Position numbers and translations under genes: made by a program. This document shows positions 54,688-64,000 of a stretch of DNA of 64,000 nt, in pieces. Under the pieces are notes generated by a model. The model did not search any database and was not told the DNA's origin. It saw only the letters and a list, made by a program, of their open reading frames with translations. The first letter of the stretch is position 1; every line of letters starts with the position of its first letter. Source of the stretch: an uncultured delta proteobacterium. Its GTDB lineage: Bacteria; Myxococcota; Myxococcia; Myxococcales; Myxococcaceae. The stretch spans positions 160,001-224,000 of the forward strand of contig CAVZMH010000019.1 of assembly GCA_963776345.1 (NCBI GenBank). The letters are read 5' to 3'.

Positions 54688-57107
54688 CAGGCCCCGGGCA
54701 CCTTGTCCGCGTTCGGCGGCGTCGGCGCGGCCGGCTGCCCGCCCTCGCTGCCTCGACCCTCGCGCCGGTCGCGGTCGCGATCCCGGTCACGCCCGCCGCG
54801 GCGGTTGCGCCCGCCCCGCTGCCCGCGCTCGCGGTCCCGATCGCGGGCCACGGGCTCGCCGCGCTCGGCGGGAAGCCCCACGCCCTCCGGCGCCCGAAGG
54901 GTCGACGAGGACGAGGCCACCTTGTGGTCCTCGCCGTGCGCGCTCCGGCCGTAGATGTCGTACTGCTCGCGGTGGTAGCTCGTCTGGGGCCGGACCTGGA
55001 TGGTCTTGTTGTAGCGGTCCATCAGGTGGCGCAGCTCCTGCCGCTCCTCGGCCTGGAGCAGGCGGGCCACCTCGACGTTGCAGTTCACCACCAGCGTCGG
55101 GTCCTTGAAGTTGGGCGCCTCGCGGCGCACCTCGCGGAAGATCTCGTAGGACACGGTGGTGGCGGTCTTCACGAAGCCCTGCCCGCCGCAATAGCCACAA
55201 TCCTCGTGGAGCATCCGGCCGATGGACTCGCGCACCCGCTTGCGGGTCATCTCCACCAGGCCCAGCTCGCTGATCCGCAGGACGTTGGTCTTGGCCTTGT
55301 CGCGGCCCAGGGCTTCTTGAAGTCCCTTGAAGACCTTGTCGCGGTTCTGCGGCTTCTCCATGTCGATGAAGTCGCAGATGATGATGCCGCCGATGTTGCG
55401 CAGCCGGAGCTGGTAGACGATCTCCTTGGCCGCCTCCATGTTGATCTTGGTGATCGTCTCCTCGAGGCTCTTCTTTCCCACGTAGCGCCCGGAGTTGACG
55501 TCGATGGCGGTCAGGGCCTCGGCCTGATCGATGATCAGGTAGCCGCCGCTCTTCAGCCACACCTTGCGCTGGGTGGCGCGGCGGATCTCCTGCTCGATGC
55601 CGTAGCTGTCGAAGATGGGCTCGTCCGAGTCGTGGAGCACCACCCGCTGCGCCAGCGCCGCGTCCTGCGCGGCGACGAAGCCGAGGATGCGCTCGTACTC
55701 GTCGCGGTCGTCGACCACCAGCTTCTCCACGTCGGCGGCGAAGAGGTCGCGGGTGGCGCGGAGGATGAGGTCCAGGTCGGGGTGCATCAGGCCCGGGCCG
55801 CCGCGCTTCTCGTTCTTCCTGACCACCTGGTTCCAGATCTCGATCAGGAACCGGATGTCGCTCTCCAGCTTGGCCTGGGGGACGTTCTCCGCGACCGTCC
55901 GGACGATGAAGCCGGTGCCGGGCGGCCGGAGCCGGTCGACGATCTCCCGGAGTCGCCGCCGCTCCTTCTCGTTGGAGATGCGGCGGCTGATGCCCACGTG
56001 GTCCACCGTGGGCATGAAGACCAGGTGCCGGCCGGGGATGCTGATGTGCGAGGTGAGCCGGGCGCCCTTGCTGCCGATGGGGTCCTTGGAGATCTGCACC
56101 ACGACCTCCTGGCCCACCTTCAGGAGATCTTCGATGCGGACCTCCTTGCGCGGGCGCGGCCGGTCCTCGCGGCGGTCGCCCTTGCCCTTGCCCTTGCCTT
56201 TGCCCTGAGCGTTCCGGCCCCGGTCGCGGCCCTGCTGCTGGCGTTCGCGGAGCTCGCGCGGCGCGCGGCGCTCTCCCTGATCACCCCGGCCCCCGCTGCG
56301 GTCCGGCGCGCGCGAGGGAGCCGCACCGGACGGGAGCGCACCGCCCGACGTTGCCGCGGCGGTCTCTCCCATGCCATGGGCCGGGGGCCCTCCGGCGCCC
56401 TCGCCCGGCGCCTGACCGTCGACGGGGGCGTCGGGCGGAAGCGCCGCGCGCTCGGGCGCGGGCAGCGGGATGGGGGCGTCCACCGGCGGGGCCTCGAGCG
56501 GTCGCGTCGGGGTCTCCTCGCCCTCGGCGCTCGCCGGTTCATCCCCGTCGTCGGCCGCTCCTGCCGGGCTGCCCGCCTCGAAGGGGTCCGCCTCGTCGGG
56601 GTCGGCCTCGCCGCCGTCGGACACCTCGTCCGGCGAGCCGTCCTCGGGCTCGTCGAGCTCGGAGTCGCCGCCCTCGGAGAAGGCCTCGGCCTCGGCGGCC
56701 TCGTGGAGCGCGTCGGCGTGGGCGTCGACGTGCTCGACCTCGGCATGGAGCGAGGGGGCCTCGAGGTCCCCGGGGGCCTCGGCTGGCGCGGCTCCCGTCT
56801 CCTCGAGCTCGTCCGGGACCTCGGGAGCGTCCTCGTGCTCGCCCTCGGTCAGCTCGAACTGGGCGCGGGCGAAGTCCGGGTCGTAGACGACGTCGCTGAC
56901 GTAGAGGAAGGCCGCCTTGTCCAGCCCGATGTCCACGAAGGCCGCCTGCATGCCCGGGAGCACCCGGACCACGCGGCCCTTGTAGATGTTGCCGACGACG
57001 CCCTTGTCCTTCTTACGCTCGAGATAGAACTCCGCGATGTGACCGTTCTCGACGAGCGCCACGCGCGTCTCGCGGCCGGCCGCGTTGATCAAGAGGATGC
57101 TGCCCAT
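54687..57107 (-). CDS. Ribonuclease E/G family endoribonuclease with a long acidic insertion in S1
   Basis: GNIYKGRVVRVLPGMQAAFVDIG, KDPIGSKGARLT, VWLKSGGYLIIDQAEALTAIDVNSG, LRLRNIGGIIICDFIDM, CGYCGG Zn link. Confidence 0.95.
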   Translation of the reverse strand: MGSILLINAAGRETRVALVENGHIAEFYLERKKDKGVVGNIYKGRVVRVLPGMQAAFVDIGLDKAAFLYVSDVVYDPDFARAQFELTEGEHEDAPEVPDELEETGAAPAEAPGDLEAPSLHAEVEHVDAHADALHEAAEAEAFSEGGDSELDEPEDGSPDEVSDGGEADPDEADPFEAGSPAGAADDGDEPASAEGEETPTRPLEAPPVDAPIPLPAPERAALPPDAPVDGQAPGEGAGGPPAHGMGETAAATSGGALPSGAAPSRAPDRSGGRGDQGERRAPRELRERQQQGRDRGRNAQGKGKGKGKGDRREDRPRPRKEVRIEDLLKVGQEVVVQISKDPIGSKGARLTSHISIPGRHLVFMPTVDHVGISRRISNEKERRRLREIVDRLRPPGTGFIVRTVAENVPQAKLESDIRFLIEIWNQVVRKNEKRGGPGLMHPDLDLILRATRDLFAADVEKLVVDDRDEYERILGFVAAQDAALAQRVVLHDSDEPIFDSYGIEQEIRRATQRKVWLKSGGYLIIDQAEALTAIDVNSGRYVGKKSLEETITKINMEAAKEIVYQLRLRNIGGIIICDFIDMEKPQNRDKVFKGLQEALGRDKAKTNVLRISELGLVEMTRKRVRESIGRMLHEDCGYCGGQGFVKTATTVSYEIFREVRREAPNFKDPTLVVNCNVEVARLLQAEERQELRHLMDRYNKTIQVRPQTSYHREQYDIYGRSAHGEDHKVASSSSTLRAPEGVGLPAERGEPVARDRDRERGQRGGRNRRGGRDRDRDRDRREGRGSEGGQPAAPTPPNADKVPGA

Positions 57108-57109
57108 GG

Positions 57110-57460
57110 GGGAACCCCGTGCGCGCGCGTCCGGACTCGCCGTCCGCCGGACGGGTGGCGGCGGAATCGAGCGGTTCAGGAGCGCGCGTGATGGAGGGCG
57201 TCCCGGGTGGACCGTCCGGCGCAGACCGACCGCCGCGGAGGCGGAGCTCGGTCATCGGGCGCAGGGGGTTCAGGAGAGCCAGGACTCCCTCGAAGTGCTC
57301 TTGGTGCTGCCTTCCTGCGGCCCATTGGCCCCGGGTGGGGGTCGCCGGGGCCCATCGGGCGACTCCTGTCTGAGTCGCCGGTGGCCTCGAACGCCCGGGG
57401 TGGGGTGTCGCACGACAGCGACGTCCCAGGGACACAGGTCCCGTCAAAAATCCCTTTCAG
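57110..57460 (-). promoter_or_regulatory. Long structured 5' leader of the RNase E/G gene
   Basis: Hairpins at 57327-57352, 57358-57379, 57407-57422 and 57429-57442; candidate promoter TTGCGC-18-AAGTGT at 57466-57495. Confidence 0.5.
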
Positions 57461-57566
57461 GCCATACACTTGCAGAGAAGAGGTCCCCGGCGCAAGCGTC
57501 CCCGCAAAGCCTGCGGAACTCGGGGACGTCCCGGGCGGAGGCCGCCTCGATGGGTTCGAGGCCCGC

Positions 57567-57986
57567 TCAGGCGTCGGCGATCGAGGCCTGGCGGCTGCCG
57601 GGTCTCGACGGCCGGGCCCGGGACTCCCGCTTGAGCCGCAGCGCCACCCAGCCGTCCCCGACGCTGGCCCGCTTGTCGTCGACCAGGCCGAGGTCGAGCC
57701 CCGCCTGCCGGACCATGTCCTCGTCCAGCGCGCTCATGCCCGCCTCCCATGCCACCCAGATGCGGCCGGGCAGGGCGATGGATCGGGTCAGGGCCGGCAG
57801 GCGGGTGAGCAGCTCGCCCGCGGTCCGGGCGAAGAACAGCACCACGTCCAGCCCCGTCTGGGCGGTCACCAGGAACTCCACGCCGTCCGGGAGCGGGTTG
57901 AGCCGCACCACGAATCCGGGCGGGGGATTCACCACCGAGACCCTCGAGCCGGCCCGGATGCCGAGCACGCCGCAGAGGTGGCTCAC
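57567..57986 (-). CDS. DUF3052-like protein
   Basis: [37 protein letters not shown] overlaps the acyP stop. Confidence 0.7.
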   Translation of the reverse strand: MSHLCGVLGIRAGSRVSVVNPPPGFVVRLNPLPDGVEFLVTAQTGLDVVLFFARTAGELLTRLPALTRSIALPGRIWVAWEAGMSALDEDMVRQAGLDLGLVDDKRASVGDGWVALRLKRESRARPSRPGSRQASIADA

Positions 57987-58267
57987 CCGGTGGTCCCCAC
58001 CTGGAAGCCGCCGTCCAGCCCGGTCACGGGCACCGGCGTGACCTGCACTTCCTCGACCTGCGCCGCCGGCGGCCCGCGCTGGCACCAGGCGACGAATGCC
58101 TCGACCGCCTCCGGCGCGCCCTCCGCCCGTGCCTCCACCGTGCCGTCCATCCGGTTTCGCACCCAGCCCGAGAGCCCGAGCCGGGTGGCCTCGGCGACCG
58201 CCCGCGCGCGGAAGGCCACGCCCTGAACGCGTCCCGCGACCACCAGGTGAACGGCCGAGCGCTGCAT
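57983..58267 (-). CDS. acyP: Acylphosphatase
   Basis: [31 protein letters not shown]. Confidence 0.95.
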   Translation of the reverse strand: MQRSAVHLVVAGRVQGVAFRARAVAEATRLGLSGWVRNRMDGTVEARAEGAPEAVEAFVAWCQRGPPAAQVEEVQVTPVPVTGLDGGFQVGTTG

Positions 58268-58280
58268 GAGAGACGCTCCT

Positions 58281-60378
<2,098 letters not shown>

Positions 60379-60550
60379 CCTTCTCACCCGCGGGTGACGT
60401 GGAAGTCCACCGCTCGCGGGCCCTCAACTCCGCCCCGGCCACCGCATCACGAAGTGAGCGCCTCTCGCTGTCTGCCGAGGCGCCGAGCGGCTGCCGGGTC
60501 GGTCTGTCGTCCCCCGCCCTCTCTCCCTGGCGCGGGGTGCAAGTTTCCCC

Positions 60551-62143
60551 ATGCGCAAAGCCCGTTCAAGCAAAGAGAAGTCCGCCGACCTCGAGGTCCC
60601 CCCCGTGGAGTCCGCGGAGTCCGTGGAGTCCGCCCCCCGCCGCAAGGGTGGCCGCCGCCGCCGCGACCCCGAGGCCGAGGCCGACGGCGCCGAGGCCGCC
60701 GCGGAGGCGGAGACCCCGCTCCGCCCGGTGCTCACCGCCATCTCCCGCCCGGTCCGTGACGACGACCTGAACGCCGTCCCCGAGGACCCCTCCGCTCCGC
60801 CGGTGATGGCCGAGCGACCCTCGGCGCCCGAGCCCCTGTCCGAGCCTCCCACCGTGGTCACCGGCCCGGACGGGACGCCGATGCAGGTGCTCCGGCTCAA
60901 CGACCTGAAGCGGATGAAGATCACCGAGCTGTCCCACATGGCCCAGGACTTCGGGGTCGAGGGGACGCAGGGGCTCAAGAAGCAAGATCTCATCTTCGCC
61001 CTCCTCTCGGGCATCGCGGACAAGAAGTTCGAGGTGCACGCCGAGGGGGTGATGGAGCTGCAGTCCGACGGCTTCGGCTTCCTCCGGAGCGCGGACAGCG
61101 ACTACCAGCCCAGCCCGGACGACATCTACGTGAGCCCGAGCCAGGTGCGGCGCTTCAACCTCCGCCCCGGCGACACCGTCTACGGCCCCATCCGCCAGCC
61201 GCGCGAGGGCGAGCGCTTCTTCGCCCTGCAGAAGGTGGACAAGGTCAACTTCGTCGACCCGACCAGCAGCGAGGCGAAGGACCGGATCCTCTTCGACAAC
61301 CTCACCCCGCTCTACCCGACGCGGAAGCTGAACCTCGAGTTCGACGGGTCGGAGATGACGACCCGCATCATCGACCTCTTCACCCCCATCGGCCTCGGCC
61401 AGCGCTGCCTCATCGTGGCCCCGCCCAAGGCGGGCAAGACGGTGCTCCTGCAGAACATCGCCCACGCCATCGCCCAGAACCACCCGGACATCTTCCTCAT
61501 CGTGCTCCTGGTGGACGAGCGCCCCGAGGAGGTGACGGACATGGAGCGCAGCGTCCGGGGCGAGGTGGTGAGCAGCACCTTCGACGAGCCGGCCACCCGG
61601 CACGTGCAGGTGGCGGAGATGGTGATCGACAAGGCCAAGCGCCTGGTCGAGCAGAAGCACGACGTCTGCATCCTCCTCGACTCGATCACCCGTCTGGCCC
61701 GCGCCTACAACACCGTGGTTCCCCCGTCGGGGAAGATCCTGTCGGGTGGTGTCGATTCCAACGCCCTCCACAAGCCGAAGCGGTTCTTCGGTGCGGCCCG
61801 GAACATCGAGGAGGGCGGGAGCCTGACCATCATCGGCACCGCGCTCATCGACACCGGCAGCCGCATGGACGAGGTCATCTTCGAGGAGTTCAAGGGCACC
61901 GGAAACTCGGAGATCGTCCTCGACCGGAAGCTGATGGAGAAGCGCATCTTCCCCTGTCTGGACATCAACAAGTCCGGCACCCGGAAGGAGGAGCTCTTGC
62001 TCAAGGCCGAGGACCTGATCCGGGTCACCGCGCTGCGACAGGTCTTGCACCCCTTCACGCCCATCGACGCGATGGAGTTCGTCCTGAAGCACATGCGGCC
62101 CACCAAGTCGAACGCCGACTTCCTGGGCTCGATGAATCGGTGA
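60551..62143 (+). CDS. rho: Transcription termination factor Rho with an N-terminal extension
   Basis: [56 protein letters not shown]. Confidence 0.98.
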   Translation: MRKARSSKEKSADLEVPPVESAESVESAPRRKGGRRRRDPEAEADGAEAAAEAETPLRPVLTAISRPVRDDDLNAVPEDPSAPPVMAERPSAPEPLSEPPTVVTGPDGTPMQVLRLNDLKRMKITELSHMAQDFGVEGTQGLKKQDLIFALLSGIADKKFEVHAEGVMELQSDGFGFLRSADSDYQPSPDDIYVSPSQVRRFNLRPGDTVYGPIRQPREGERFFALQKVDKVNFVDPTSSEAKDRILFDNLTPLYPTRKLNLEFDGSEMTTRIIDLFTPIGLGQRCLIVAPPKAGKTVLLQNIAHAIAQNHPDIFLIVLLVDERPEEVTDMERSVRGEVVSSTFDEPATRHVQVAEMVIDKAKRLVEQKHDVCILLDSITRLARAYNTVVPPSGKILSGGVDSNALHKPKRFFGAARNIEEGGSLTIIGTALIDTGSRMDEVIFEEFKGTGNSEIVLDRKLMEKRIFPCLDINKSGTRKEELLLKAEDLIRVTALRQVLHPFTPIDAMEFVLKHMRPTKSNADFLGSMNR

Positions 62144-62193
62144 AGATCCGGGGAGCGCCGCCCGTCGATGGGGAAGAGGAGGGTGTGCCTTCC

Positions 62194-62502
62194 ATGACCA
62201 AGAATCTCGGGGGAGTCCTCGGCGCAGCGCTGCTCCTGCTCGCCGCCTGCGGACCGATGGATGACGGTGGTGGCGGCGTGGTGGGCGCGCCCTGTACCAG
62301 CGATGCTCAGTGCGCGTCGGACGGCTGCTGCGGGAACGGCGTCAACGCGGTCGCGGCCAGCCAGCGCCCGAGCTGCCCGAGCTCCTGTACCAATGGACAG
62401 GACCCCTACAGCTTCTACGTCCGCAACGGGTGCGGACTCGTGACCTGCGGCAGCTTCAGCTTCCACTGCGAGGTGGCGGTCACCACCGGGCCGGGTTGCT
62501 GA
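62194..62502 (+). CDS. Small Cys-rich lipoprotein
   Basis: GAGGAGGG RBS; LLAAC lipobox; 10 further Cys in ~83 mature residues. Confidence 0.75.
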   Translation: MTKNLGGVLGAALLLLAACGPMDDGGGGVVGAPCTSDAQCASDGCCGNGVNAVAASQRPSCPSSCTNGQDPYSFYVRNGCGLVTCGSFSFHCEVAVTTGPGC

Positions 62503-62520
62503 TCGCCGCGAGTCGCCGAT

Positions 62521-63702
62521 TCAGCCCTGGGTGACGTCGAGCGGCACCGGCTGCGCCTTCCTCCGCACGAACTCGAAGCAGGCCACCAGCACGGCCGCCA
62601 CCGGGACCCCGAACAGCGCGCCGAGCAGCCCGTAGGTGCGCTCGCCGGCGATCAGCGCGAACACCACCACCACCGGGTGAATGCGCGCCGCCGTGCCCAT
62701 GATCTTGGGATTCAGGAAGTACGCCTCCAGGGCGTGAATGCCGATGATCCAGAACAGCATCCCCAGGCCGGCTCTCCAGTTCTGGGCCAGGCCCATGATG
62801 ACGATGGGCACCGAGCTGATGATGGTGCCGAAGATGGGGATGAGGGCGAAGAAGGTCGCCACCGTCGCCAGCAGGAAGGCGAACTTCACCCCGAAGAGCA
62901 GGAGCCCGGCAAAGGTCAGGACGCCGTTCACCATGCAGATGGTCACCTGGCCCCGGACCACGCCGGCCAGCGAGCGGTCGATCCGGCGGATCAGCACCGC
63001 GGCGTCGGCGGCCCACTCCGGAGGGACCAGCGAGCGGAAGTAGGCGCGGATGCGATCGGCGTCGATGGAGATGAACGCCGCCACCATCAGCATCAGGAAG
63101 AGGGTGAAGACGCCCTTGAAGACGCCGGTGATCAGCGCCCGGGTCATCTCCACCAGCCGGGCCACGTTGGCCCTGGCGACGCCGGAGAAGCGGCCCGCGG
63201 CGTCCTGGATGAGCTGCTCCAGGTCCATCGACAGGCTCCAGCTCGGCCGGCCGGTGTAGGCCTCTGCCGCGTCGGTGCCCTCCAGCGAGCGTGAGGAGAG
63301 CGCGACGGGGACGCCGTGCGAGCTGAGCCAGTCCTCCATCTGCCGGGCGATCTCCTGCACCCGCTCGGGGGTGAGCGACCGGGCGAAGGCGAAGGCATTG
63401 GACGAGATGCGCACCACCTCCCGGTACAGCTGCGGGACGATGGCGATGATGAACAGGTACGAGGCCAGGAAGAAGACCGCGTAGATGAAGAGGATCGCCA
63501 CCCAGCGCGGGATGGGGCGGCCGCCCACCTTCCGCCCGGTGAGCCAGTGGAGGATCGGCGCCACCAGGTAGGCGATCAGCGCCGAGCCGGCGAACGGGAG
63601 GATAGCCGCCGGGAAGACGATCGGCACCACCACCAGCGCGATCCACAGGATGACGAGCAGGGTCGCGCGGCGGCGGAAGGAGAGTGGCTGGGCGTCCGGC
63701 AT
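62521..63702 (-). CDS. AI-2E family transporter
   Basis: LPFAGSALIAYLVAP, VVRGQ, LIPIFG, LEAYFLNPKIMG, IHPVVVVFALIAG, GALFGVP. Confidence 0.9.
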   Translation of the reverse strand: MPDAQPLSFRRRATLLVILWIALVVVPIVFPAAILPFAGSALIAYLVAPILHWLTGRKVGGRPIPRWVAILFIYAVFFLASYLFIIAIVPQLYREVVRISSNAFAFARSLTPERVQEIARQMEDWLSSHGVPVALSSRSLEGTDAAEAYTGRPSWSLSMDLEQLIQDAAGRFSGVARANVARLVEMTRALITGVFKGVFTLFLMLMVAAFISIDADRIRAYFRSLVPPEWAADAAVLIRRIDRSLAGVVRGQVTICMVNGVLTFAGLLLFGVKFAFLLATVATFFALIPIFGTIISSVPIVIMGLAQNWRAGLGMLFWIIGIHALEAYFLNPKIMGTAARIHPVVVVFALIAGERTYGLLGALFGVPVAAVLVACFEFVRRKAQPVPLDVTQG

Positions 63703-63765
63703 CCGGCTCGGAGCACGCTTGCCACAGCGTTGCCGGCCGTTCAATCCCGGAGTACCTCTGTTTCC

Positions 63766-64000
63766 ATGGCGGACGGACGGCTGTGGATCGACGGCGCCTG
63801 GGTGAACGGTGAGCACCAGGCCGAGGTGCGCGCGCCGTGGGATGGGCGGCTCCTCCGGCGGGTCGCGCAGGCCTCAGCGGCCCAGGCCGAGCAGGCCCTC
63901 GCGGTGGCCTTCGCCGCGCGCGAGCGGCTCCAGCGCCAGAGCACCGGGAAGCGACGCGAGGTGCTGGAGGGCATCGTGGCCGGGCTGCGCGCCCGCGGCG
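63766..64000 (+). CDS. Aldehyde dehydrogenase family protein, 5' part only
   Basis: MADGRLWIDGAWV...EVRAPWDG...VAQASAAQAEQALAVA...STGKRREVL is a typical ALDH N-terminus; truncated by the window edge. Confidence 0.75.
   Translation, partial: MADGRLWIDGAWVNGEHQAEVRAPWDGRLLRRVAQASAAQAEQALAVAFAARERLQRQSTGKRREVLEGIVAGLRARG

Noticed and set aside
57110..57560. RNase P RNA, 6S RNA or tmRNA in the long intergenic region
   Set aside because: I could not find rnpB hallmark sequences (GAGGAAAGUCC, AGAACCCGGCUUA) or tRNA-like ends; kept only as a structured leader candidate

Overview
GC-rich window that looks myxobacterial (Myxococcales/Anaeromyxobacter-like; inferred from gene content and DGG/DAG-rich lipoproteins). 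It has four parts. (1) 1-9.1 kb: a LysM lytic transglycosylase, a tetraheme cytochrome, a Fis-like protein, an MscS channel, and a GAF/sigma54-type regulator divergent from ahpC-ahpD. (2) 9.2-18.1 kb: an accessory patch (SGNH hydrolase, DUF362, HD protein, cupin, USP, GntR plus M1 peptidase), followed at 18.3-26.6 kb by a MoxR-DUF58-Bat operon. (3) 27.05-52.97 kb: a block bounded by two copies of an ~83-bp repeat. It holds a PilZ gene and a reduced non-flagellar type III secretion operon (needle-like, rod-like, sctJ ... sctQ, fliO-like, sctRSTUV; no secretin or ATPase in the window). That operon is split by a ~16.5-kb opposite-strand copper/heme cluster. (4) 53-64 kb: housekeeping genes (HU/IHF, YihY, RNase E/G, acyP, ligA, rho, AI-2E transporter, partial ALDH). 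The main candidate novelty is the copper/heme cluster. Two secreted two-domain multicopper-oxidase proteins each carry only half of the trinuclear-cluster His ligands, on complementary domains. A ~2530-aa lipoprotein begins with a ligand-less cupredoxin-like pair and ends in Ig-like and beta-helix domains. These are followed by a LolA-like lipoprotein, an SCO copper chaperone and a cytochrome c, with a repeat-built pentaheme lipoprotein upstream. This suggests a heteromeric, surface-anchored 'split' multicopper oxidase. All assignments are by eye from motifs; no searches were run.
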